Source: Callorhinchus milii (lineage: Eukaryota). From it: DNA of 64,000 nt. The stretch is from assembly GCF_018977255.1 (NCBI RefSeq), contig NW_024704742.1, positions 124,932,001 through 124,996,000 on the forward strand. Reading direction: 5' to 3'. This document shows positions 1-9,993 of the stretch, piece after piece. Position numbers and translations under genes: made by a program. The first letter of the stretch is position 1, and each line of letters opens with the position of its first letter. The notes under the pieces are model-generated. The model saw nothing but the letters and a program-made list of their open reading frames with translations, made no database searches and was not told where the DNA came from.

Positions 1-769
1 GCATTGGTAGTCCCAAAACTAGACACTTGGAATAGTCTTCCCACTGGTATTGTAGCTGAGCATTTCACTACTGGATTTGTCTCTTATCAGGACTACATTT
101 GAAACCTACTTGCCATAGAAAATTAACACTTCTGTGATTAGTTGCATATGCATATAAGCAATTGAATATCCTTTGCTGTCAGCTTAGTGTCCTGTGGTTA
201 GAACAAAAAACCAAATACCCTGTACACTCAATCTTTAATTCCATGCTACTGTATCCTTGTAAGTGGATTATTGCTTTTTGATCACAGTATGTGTAAAATA
301 ACAATAATTCTACTGTTTGTGTGATTTGAAGAGGTTTTCAATTGAAAAGCGTACTTTCAGTTCCATTAGTCATTTGAGTGGCAGCACATCCCAGGAAGCT
401 CTTGTATTCAGACAGATCATGTTTGCATAAGGAATATCCACAGTTTAATAGCTGCTTATGATGTTCATCGTGGTCAGCAAAATAATATTGGTGAAAACAT
501 TTAAAACGTAATTATTTATAGATTTTATTCTGCTTAATGTTTGTACAAACTGTTAGTTTGTTTTAGAAATACATTGTTCTGCCTGAACCTCAAACTCCTG
601 AAAGAACAAAGTGGATAAATACTTGAGGAAAATAATGTTAAAGGTTTTGGGGAAAAGAACAGTGGAAGAGTATGAAGAGTACATGGTCTAAAAGTAGATA
701 GTTCCAGTGGGGAAACTTGTATCAAGATAGACACAATGGTCCAAATGGCCTTCTTTTTCTCTTTGACCA

Positions 770-941
770 AGCCTTCAGCTCCCCTCTCGACTCTCTACCC
801 CCTCCTCGCTCCCTCCCTTCCCTCCCCTCACCCTGACCATTTCCCCCTTGCTCGGGTCCTGACCCAACTGTACAGCGCCTTGGCACGTCCTCCTGACGTG
901 AAAGGCGCTCTATAAATGGAATCTTGTTGTTGTTGTTGTTG
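770..941 (+). mobile_element. L2-clade LINE 3' end fragment
   Basis: C-rich 3'UTR, CAGCGCCTTGGCACGTCCTCCTGACGTGAAAGGCGC stem-loop and (TTG)n tail; matches the ends of the RT-bearing copies at 4892 and 19542. Confidence 0.8.
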
Positions 942-960
942 TGTGCTATAAACCTATATG

Positions 961-1273
961 TGGAGTCCTGTAGCTCAGTGGTTAGAGCACTCGCCTTGCA
1001 AGCGAGACACCTGGGTTCAATTCCAGGCAGGGCGAAACCTTGGGCAAGTTTCTTACTCCATACGCCTAATAATAATCACTCCAAAAACAAAAACAATAAT
1101 AAATTGGTCATTTCAATCCACGACTGTTTGTGGGACACTGCTGTACGCAATTGGCTGCTGGGTTTCGCCCACAAATATACGGTCAATTCACTTTACAGTC
1201 TATTCTGTGAAGCGCTTTGAGACGTCGAGAAGACGTGAAAAGCGCTATATCAAATGCAAGGATTATTATTATT
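961..1273 (+). mobile_element. tRNA-Ala-derived SINE, short subfamily, full length
   Basis: A box TAGCTCAGTGG, anticodon arm CTCGC-CTTGCAA-GCGAG, B box GGTTCAATTCC, L2-like 3' stem-loop, (ATT)n tail; many near-identical copies in the window. Confidence 0.92.
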
Positions 1274-1957
1274 AAAAGAGATTAACAATGTAAAAAACAT
1301 TGTTAAAGTCAGCATTGGTTAATTTCAATGAAGATTTGGTTATGCATCAATTTCTAAGCTTTAATGTTTAGCATTTCTCATGAAATCTTGTGCTAATTTA
1401 TTAATAATGCTTTCTGGATTTCCAAGTAGTTCACATCAAGCTACACTCTACCTAGATTGTCTATAGGTTACAGCTTTTCTATTTCATCTGTTGTGATCGT
1501 GCAAACTTTTCTCTACAAGTTTTTAAAGAACTTAAAGAACAAAAACATCTTCCAAGCTAAGACTAAATTCAATAATTTGCCAAATTTTGGGCGCTCTAAA
1601 ACGTAGCCGAATGCAAAAGGCTGAATGTGGAACCGGGCAGATTTTCTCCCCACTAGGTGTCAGTGTTACTCTGACTTGGAGGAAACATAATATCTACCAT
1701 ACATTGTTGGTTGATATTTCTCAATGATACTCCAGGCTTTACTCCAGGAAAATTGCAATACCTATAACATTTTGCCTACGAAATACACATTCACTACAAT
1801 TTATATTAAATTGCGCTGAGAGACATCTCCCTGATGAGAAAATATAATATGAAATTCAAGGATTATTATTAATGTAAGAACAGTACGCTTTGTTTTCAGA
1901 TTTATCAAATACAACTGAAAGTCTAGAATGATACAGAGAAATGTCCTCCAAACAGCT

Positions 1958-2121
1958 CACTCCATGGCTGTTTGTGAGACATTGTTGCGTGAAAACTGGC
2001 TGTCACATTTCACCCATCAAATAGAGTCAATCAACTTTCCAGTGTATCCTCTAAAGTGCTTTGAAATAACTCAACGACATGATAAGGCGCTAAATCCAAT
2101 GCAAGGATTATTATTATCATT
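1958..2121 (+). mobile_element. diverged SINE 3' half
   Basis: GCTGTTTGTGAGACATTG...AATGCAAGGATTATTATT resembles the SINE 3' region. Confidence 0.7.
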
Positions 2122-2864
2122 AGAAATACACAAGAGCTGTTGCAATAATACAGTTGTATAAAGCATCATGAATAATACACTTCATAAAATCAGAATTAAA
2201 TTCTCATTGTATTGTAAAAGGAATTTTACTATTTATTGGGAGATGGTTCAGTTAGCCTCCTGGACAGTAACTGGATTTCCTGGAGCCTCCTAGAGATTTC
2301 ATTATGTATATGGTAGCACACAGTGTGTACAAAATTAACTCATTGAGCATGGTCTTGGCATAAACTATGAAGGTGAAGCTCTGGAGTTTCTTAACCCTCA
2401 GGACTGATGATAGTCGACATATACATGTCTCTGACTGGTTCTCTATGTAGAATTACCTAGAGTGTTGCAGTAGAGAAACAGGCCATTTGGTCCAACTAGC
2501 AAACATTTATACTCCACATGAGCTTCCTTCTCTCCTATTCCCCTCTCCCCTACCCGTCTTTTCTCCTCTCCCTCATGCATACGCAAGTTTCCTATTAAAT
2601 GTTGATGCTTTCTGCCTCAACCATAGCAACCATAGCTTCCAGCAGTGAATTCCACTGTGTAAAGTTCCTCCTAAACTCCCTGTTTGACCTCCTACTAACT
2701 ATTTTATATTTTACATGTTCACCTTACACACCAAGATTGTGACAAAAACATTGATATACACGACAGTAATAAAACTCTACTTTTGGATACCTTTAATACT
2801 TCATATTGACACCACATAATAATAATATTACTTGCATTTGATATAGCACTTTTTCACGTCTTCT

Positions 2865-3490
2865 AGACCATAAGACCACAAGAAGTAGGAGCAGGAGTAG
2901 GCCATTCAGCCCCTTGAGCCTGCCCCGCCATTTAATAAAATTATGGCTGATCTTATAACCTAATTCCATTTACCCACTCTATCCCCATATCCCTTAATCC
3001 CTCTATCCTTTAGAAATCTATCAACCTCAGTCTTGAATATGTTCAAGGATAGAGCATCCACAGCCTTCTGGGGAAGAGACTTCCACAAATTCACTATCCT
3101 CTGAGTGAAGAAATGTTTCCTCAACTCAGTTTAAAAAGGCTGATCCTTAATCTCGAGACTATGCCCCTTAGCTTTAGATTCTCCAACCAGGGGAAACAGT
3201 CTCACAGCATCTACCCTGTTAAGACCCTTAAGAATCTTATAGGTTTCTATATAATCATCTCTAATTCTTCTATATTCTAGAGAATATAGGCCTAGTTTAC
3301 TCAACCTAACCTCATAGGTCAAACCCCTCATCCCAGGAACCAACCTAGTGAATCTATGCTGCACCCTCTCTAAGGCAAGTATGTCCTTTCTTAAATAAGG
3401 AGACCAAAACTGCACCCAATATTCTAGGTGCGGTCTCACCAAGGCCTTATATAACTGCAACAAGACTTCCCTAATCTTGTACTCTAAAAT
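2865..3490 (-). mobile_element. CR1 LINE 3' fragment (ORF2 C-terminus and 3'UTR)
   Basis: ORF 3131-3508 reads LYKALVRPHLEYWVQFWSPYLRKDILALERVQHRFTRLVPG, a typical CR1 ORF2 C-terminus; octamer tail repeats AGACCATA/AGACCACA at 2865-2880. Confidence 0.92.
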
Positions 3491-3525
3491 GTGCTCTAGA
3501 TGTCTCAAAGCGCTTCACAGAATAT

Positions 3526-3880
3526 TCTCTCTTCTCATTCCCCCTACCAACGCGCCCGTTCCCTCTGCTCAGCCGGCTCTGGCCTGCTCCACATCCCAGC
3601 ATTGGCGGGAGAGCCTTCAGCCATTCTGCCCCCAACCTCTGGAATTCCATCCCGCAGTTACTTTGCCTCACCCGCTCCTTAGGCTCCTTCAACTCCCGCC
3701 TCAAGACTATCCTCTTCGACCATACCATCGGCCACCCACCTTCCCCTCCCCTCCCTTCCCTTCCCCACCCAACCCCAGCTTGAGTCTGAAATGCTGTACT
3801 CTATCCAGCATCTTAGGACATCCTCCCGACTTGAAAGGGGCTATACAAATGTAATCTTGTTGTTTTTGTTGTTGTTGTTG
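3526..3880 (+). mobile_element. L2 LINE 3' fragment nested in a SINE
   Basis: ATTGGCGGGAGAGCCTTCAGCC (IGGRAFS), 3' stem-loop and (TTG)n tail. Confidence 0.88.
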
Positions 3881-4292
3881 TGAATTGACTGTATATTTGT
3901 GGACAAAACACGGCAGCCAATTACTCCAGCAGTGTCCCACAAACAGTCGTGGATTGAAGTGACCAATGTATTATTGTTTATTTTCTTGAGGGATTATTAT
4001 CAGGCGTGTGGAGTAAGGAAACTTGCCCAAGGTTTTGCCCTGCCCGGAATCAGATCCAGGTTTCTCGTTTGTGAGGCGAGTGCTCTAACCACTGAGCTCC
4101 AGGACTCTGGATTCATATTCAAATAAAATTAAATGTTCTTCTTTCAAGCATTTAATTCTGCCAATTTTCACCTCTTCTGAGAGTGTTTAACTTTCTCTTT
4201 GTTTGGGGTAAGGTTCCACAGGTAATGTCGGATCATTCATCCAAGTTTCCTTTATTCATGTGTGAGCCTTAACAGAGTAGTGAATGTTGGCA

Positions 4293-4534
4293 AAACGCAA
4301 AATACTGCAGATGCTGGAAATCTGATACAAAAACAGAAGTCGCTGGGAACACTCAGCAGGTCAGGCAGCATCTGTGGAGAAAGGAAACTGAGTCAACGTT
4401 TTGGGACCACGACCCTTCGTCAGAACGCGTCTGTATTCTGACAAAGGATCGTGGACCCGAAACGTTGACTCACATTGCTTTCTCCGTAGATGCTGCCTGA
4501 CCTGCTGAGTGTTCCCAGCGACTTCTGTTTTCGC
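4293..4534. mobile_element. palindromic non-autonomous element, probably Penelope-like (PLE) pLTR-derived, with hammerhead-like cores
   Basis: Inverted arms of ~96 bp (4330-4425 and 4436-4531); 14-bp direct flanks AG(T/C)GAATGTTGGCA at 4279-4292 and 4535-4548; consensus CTGACGA-A-GGGTC-GTG-GACCC-GAAA-CGTT. Confidence 0.7.
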
Positions 4535-4891
4535 AGCGAATGTTGGCAGGCTATTTAACCAAACCCAATCCAGCCCTCATTCATTATTCAGTATTTTGTT
4601 TTGAACTAGCCATCAGGAGCAAAAATCCTGGCCAGCATCTCTCTCCCAGAGAAAATTATCATAGTCTAAGCTCCTGCAAGTATGCACAGACCAGGGTTCA
4701 AATCTTTTACTTACACCTCTGTGTGGCAAAAATGAGTTGGTCCCTTAAGCCAGAAGGCCATTGAGAAATCACTTTGAATTGTTGTTGATGAAGTACACAA
4801 TAATGTAAACTTTACTTTGTAAAGCATTAGAAACTTAGCTAAGTTTAATATCAAGTTATTTGTGATTTTAAGAGAAACAAATATATTAAGT

Positions 4892-6253
4892 GTACCCACC
4901 CACCTAAAAACAGCCGTCATCACCCCATCTTGAAAAAACCCTCCCTGGACCCATCCCTTCTCTCCAGCTACTGCCCCATTTCAAAGCTCCCATTCCTCTC
5001 CAAGGACCTGAAACGAGTCGTCGCGTCCCAGCTCCATTCCTTTCTTTCTCACCATTCCCTCTTTGAACCCCTCCAGTCCGGATTCCGTGCTGCCCACAGC
5101 ACCGAAACAGCCCTGGTCAAAGTCACTAATGACATTCTGAACATCTGCGATCAGAGCTCCCTCTGCCCCCTTGTCCTCCTCGACCTCTCTGCCGCCTTCG
5201 ACACTGTTGACCACTCCATCCTCATAAACCTCCTCTCCTTTTAAATAATCTTCGCAGACCTGCCCTTGCCTAGTTCGATTCCTATCTCTCTCACCGTCTC
5301 CACTTTGTTGCCTCTAACGGTTTCTCCTCCAGCCCCCGCACTGTCACGTCTGGCGTCGCCCAGGGCTCTGTCCTTGGCCATCTCCTCTTTAATATCTACA
5401 TGCTCCCCCTTGGTGACATCATCCACAGACATGGGGTCAACTTCCATATGTATGCGGATGACATCCAACTCTATCTTTCTGCCTCCACCCTCAACTCCAG
5501 GACCACTGCTGTCCTGACAGACTGCCTGTCGGACATCAAGTTCTGGATGAGGGCAAATTTCCTACAGTTGAATGTGAACTAGACTGAGGCCATCCTGATT
5601 GGCTCGCGCCAGCGCCTCTGCACCTCAGGCTCTGGCAACATCAACCTCCATGGTTGCACGCTACAACTCACCAAGCCAGTCAGGAACCTAAGTGTCTTGT
5701 TCGCCCCTCAACTGTCGTTTCTCTCCCACATTCAAGCCATGACCAGCTCTGCCTTCCCTCACCTCTGTAACATCGCCCAACTCTGCCACTACCTCACCCC
5801 TCAGGCCGCTGAAACTCTTGTTCATGCCTTCATCACATCAAGGCTCGACTATGCAAAGCCCTGCATGCCCTCGCCCCACCCTACCTCTGCGACCTCCTAA
5901 CTTCCTATTAACCTGCCCACTCCCTCCACTCAGCCGGCTCTGGCCTGCTCCACGTCCCCCGACCCACCTGCCCCACCATTGGCGGGAGAGCTTTCAGCCA
6001 CTTTACCCCCAACCTCTGGAATTCCATCGCCCAGTCACTCCGCCTCACCCCTTCCTTAGCCTCCTTCAAGTCCCACCTCAAGACCCTCCTCTTCGACCAT
6101 GCCATCGGCCATCCCCTTTCTCCTCCCCTCCCTTCTCCCCCCCCGACCGCTGCTCGGGTCTGAACTGCTGTACACAGTCCAGCGCCTTGGGACGTCCTCC
6201 TGACATGAAAGGCGCTATACAAATGTAATCTTGTTGTTCTTGTTGTTGTTGTT
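4892..6253 (+). mobile_element. L2 LINE, 5'-truncated, disrupted reverse transcriptase
   Basis: KKPSLDP...PISKLPFLSK...QSGFRAAHSTETAL...LLDLSAAFDTVDH; YADD at 5451-5462; frameshifts and stops; stem-loop and (TTG)n tail. Confidence 0.95.
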
Positions 6254-7094
6254 AACAGTAGTGCTGATTACCTAAGTGTATCAAGAAGTTCAGATCTTTG
6301 ACCAGAATCAGATATAATTTCAGATTTAGTGAATTATGATAGAAATAATTGTTTATCATTTATTTTATGAAGGTAAATTATTTGAATAGATTATTTTTAG
6401 TTTTGTTTAAAAATGCTATTGGTCTAATTATTTTACACTTGGCTGATTTTTGAGCTGTCCTCCCATCGTGAAGCTCGCTATATAAATGTAAATTGTAATT
6501 ATATTTTATTAATTTATTGATTTGTAATTATTTTCAAAGAGTTCTTAATGCACTAATTAAGATGTATCGTATGTTAGTTCTGAAACAGATCCCCATTTTA
6601 TTCTTATTTCATTTTCATAAGGAATACCTTCCATAACATTTCAGCTCAGCTTCTTGCTCAGCTCAGTTGCTGAACTTCAGTCTTTTTAATCTGAGATGAT
6701 TCAGACAATGAGTCATTCTATAAAATAAATTGTTAGGCATATTCCGTCAAACCTGAAAATAGCCAAGATCTGCTTACCTATGAATGCGACTGAATCCCTA
6801 CAGAATTGAAGAGCCATTTGAGGTCACAATTATCTGAGACAGCCAGAAAGAAATTATTCCATTATTGCAAAATAGAAAGACAGTGACGTACCACAAAAGG
6901 TTTTATACAGAGTGATGGGATTAAACCAAAAAACACTGTTTATTCCAGCATAGGTCAAGGAAAAGCATTTGACAGAAACATAGACCAGGGTATTTTCGGT
7001 AACTGAGTAAAGAATGCAGTAAAATTAGGGGTAGTTGTAGTTCTCTGTCTAATTTTTAAAGGGCTATTTTAGTCTCACATACAAATAGCACTCA

Positions 7095-7405
7095 AATAAT
7101 AATAATAATCCTTGCATTTGATATAGCGCTTTTCACGTCGGGAGGACGTCCCAAAGCGCTTCACTGTAAAGTGAATTGACTGTATATTTGTGGGCGAACG
7201 CGGCAGCCAATTGCGCACAGCAATGTCCCACAAACAGTCGTAGATTGAAAATGACCAATTTATTATAGTTTTTGGTTTTGGAGGGATTATTATTAGGCGT
7301 GTGGAGTAAGGAAACTTGCCCAAGGTTTCGCCCTCTGCCTGGAATTGAACTCAGGTCTCTCGCTTGCAAATCGAGTGCTCTAACCACTGAGCTACAGGAC
7401 TCCAC
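7095..7405 (-). mobile_element. tRNA-Ala SINE, short subfamily, full length
   Basis: Reverse complement of the 961-1273 type; nearly identical to 9994-10317. Confidence 0.93.
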
Positions 7406-7532
7406 GGTCCAGGGACCAATTTATTTGAACTGACTAGTATAACTGAGCACTGAATCGAGAAGGAATATTGAGGAATATGGCAAGAAGAAAGGTTGGTGCA
7501 GTTGTTCTACACAGTGGAACCAACAATTATCC

Positions 7533-7674
7533 AAAACACCAAATACTGCAGATGCTAGAAATCTGAAACAAAAACAAAAATCGCTGGGAACACTCAGCAG
7601 GTCAGGCAGCATCTATGGAGAAAGGAAAGTGAGTCAACGTTTCGGGTCCACGAACCTTCGTGAATTCTGACGAA
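7533..7674. mobile_element. PLE-like palindromic element, one arm plus start of the second arm
   Basis: Matches 4293-4425, then turns round into CTGACGAA at 7667-7674. Confidence 0.7.
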
Positions 7675-7682
7675 TTGATTGT

Positions 7683-7830
7683 TCACTTCATGGCTGTTTG
7701 TGGGATATTGTTGTGTGCAAATTGGCTGCTGTATTTGCCTACAAGCACACAGTCATTACATTTTACAGTAAAATCCTGTAAAATGCAGGATCTTGATCTT
7801 GAGACATCTTGATAATATAACAAAGCACTA
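7683..7830 (+). mobile_element. Deu-type SINE 3' relic
   Basis: CACTTCATGGCTGTTTGTGGGATATTG...GCAAATTGGCTGC. Confidence 0.65.
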
Positions 7831-8109
7831 TAATAATAATTATAATAATCCTTGCATTTGATATAGCATTTTTCACATCTTCTAGACGTCTCAAAGCGCT
7901 TCACAGAATAGACTAAAATGAATTGACTGTATTTTTTTGTGGCGAAATGCAGCAGCCAATTGTGCGCAGCAGTGACCCACAAACAGTCATGGTTTGAAAT
8001 AATCAATTTATTATTATTTGTCGTGTGGAGTAAGGTTTCACCCTGCTGGGAATCGAATCCAGGTCTCTCACATGCAAACTGAGTGCTCTAACCACTGAGC
8101 TACAGGACT
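7831..8109 (-). mobile_element. tRNA-Ala SINE with internal deletions
   Basis: Tail, body and head (GAGTGCTCTAACCACTGAGCTACAGGACT) on the minus strand. Confidence 0.88.
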
Positions 8110-9362
8110 ATATTAAATGCAAGGGTATATTTATTTATTCTATCAAATATAAGAATTGTAGAAGGATTGATATGTATGTAGGGCTGAATGTTCATTTCAT
8201 TTTCATGGCAGTTCTTGGTATTTTATGACCTCAATTATTCTTGAAGATGATAAATAAGATTAAGAATCTTGATTGATCCAATATGTGGATAGCTGAAGTG
8301 TCATATTTTTTGCAAAATAAAGTGGAATATTGGAGAAGAGACGAGAGACAGAATTTCTTTGTATTTCACAAAAGGCTCACAGAATGACAAACAATTGCAT
8401 AGAATGAGAAGACACGGAAACAGGCCCAATTAGTCTATGCGACTGTTTATACTCCACACCAACCTCTACCCCTCCTATTCCCCTCATCTATGCCCTGTAT
8501 TTCATTCTCTTCCACGTATAATAGACTATTGTTGTACACAAATTGGCTGCTGCATTTGCCTAAAATACACAACTACTCACTTTACAGTAAAATTCTGTGA
8601 AGTGCTTTGAGACAGTTTGACAACATGATAAAGCACTATATCATATATCTAGTACAAGTATATATTTATTCTTTCAAATATGTAAAGACTTGTAGAAGGT
8701 TTGATATGATTCCATGAAAAATTATTATGAAGAATTACTCCAATATATTTAACAAATGTCGTAACTGGCACACCTGCACCATTTGATGGATGGATTAATT
8801 GATGTTAATGTGAACTGCACAAATGGGTTCAAGAGGCAATTAGATGCATTTTAGATAGAGGGAGGTTGAGGAATATGGTGAGATTTGGAGGATGGGAGGA
8901 GGGAGGGGGAGTTTATAAAAATCCTTGCACTTGAAATAGCCCTATTCACACCAGGAAAGTGCTTCACAGGATTTACTGTAAATTGTAGTGACTGTGTTTA
9001 TTTTGTAGGCGAAGGTTTGCAAGCATACGTAAAGGAGAGGCTTTTTATTGGATTTCATTGCCTTTTCCTGATCCTATCACTTCTTATGGTCTATTTACAG
9101 CACTGAAACAGTAAATATTATACATTGATGTGGAGTGGACACGATAGAATGAATAGCCTTCTTCTGTGTGTACCTTTCTATGGTAAAAACAAATCTATTG
9201 TTAAGCAGTTTAAGAGAAAAAAATTAATTTTATTCATATAATAGCACATCACAGTGCAGTTACACAGGGCTCTACCTCAGCTAAGTAAGTGGAGAAATGG
9301 TGCGAGCTTGCTAAACAGAAACATGATAGTATTTCCCATGCCTCGCCCAATAGTTTCACTCA

Positions 9363-9680
9363 GATCCAAGGGATAAAGTGAAAGCTTGTCAGCGATGTGT
9401 ACAACAAGGAACTGATACACATGAACACTGTTTCCTTTGTGGTGCAGTTGGGCACCCGGCTGTTGGTTGTCTTTACTGACTGCACAATTCTGGAAACAGG
9501 AGCTGGTAGCCACTTGGGGAGATAATGAGCAGTGAGGGAAGAGTTCATTGCCAACCTGTGCAAAAAGCTGCCAGGTAACACCGAAGACAGAAAAACAGCA
9601 GCAGATGCAGAGTGCTGCTATACTGTTTACACAAATGTCGAGAAGATCACAAGTCTGCTCTTGAGCCACATAAATTAGGG
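9363..9680 (+). mobile_element. degenerate Gypsy-type LTR retrotransposon gag 3' end with downstream Cys-rich relic
   Basis: Frame from 9363 reads DPRDKVKACQRCVQQGTDTHEHCFLCGAVGHPAVGCLY* (C-X2-C-X4-H-X4-C at 9429-9470), then SGNR and SRCRVLLYCLHKCREDH; in-frame stops. Confidence 0.6.
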
Positions 9681-9993
9681 AGAAATCAAGCAAACTTTGC
9701 TTAAATAGACCCATTTCACAACTGGCTATGCTGTTTCAGTTCCAAACACAGAACAATCACATTGATACAATTCACTGGAAAGGAATATTTCTTTGAATGT
9801 CCTGTATACAAAGTCACTATTGTGCTTACTTAGGTGGGGGTGTGAGGGGGTGGTGGGGCTGGGGGGGAGGGGGGTGTGGATGGTGGCTAATGTGACAGTA
9901 GATAAGTGAAGGATAATGAGAACAAGCAGAGTATTGGGGCTGGAATCAATTACTCCGTGGGTGAAGCTAGCAGCAGTGCAAATACACCAAATC

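Larger units (their letters stand above)
2817..4107 (-). mobile_element. tRNA-Ala SINE split into three pieces by nested CR1 and L2 insertions
   Basis: Pieces 2817-2868, 3495-3525 and 3881-4107 join collinearly into one SINE copy. Confidence 0.88.

Noticed and set aside
961..1035. Functional tRNA-Ala gene
   Set aside because: Fused to a SINE body and tail in many dispersed copies, imperfect acceptor stem, no adjacent poly-T terminator
924..1275. Recurrent ORFs ending KCKDYYY or PPDVKGAIQM as a protein family
   Set aside because: They are translations of SINE and L2 non-coding tails
4330..4531. miRNA precursor or classical MITE
   Set aside because: Multi-copy, arms of unequal extent between copies, and 11-14-bp variable TSDs fit a retroelement better; small-RNA production is not excluded
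4930..5582. Intact reverse transcriptase gene or retron
   Set aside because: Frameshifts, stops and 5' truncation; a typical dead L2 copy
4887..6280. TAAGTGTA as TSD of the L2 copy
   Set aside because: The right-hand copy lies about 20 bp beyond the tail rather than adjacent to it
9277..9714. 145-aa minus-strand ORF as a gene
   Set aside because: No recognisable domain; it is antisense to the zinc-knuckle relic
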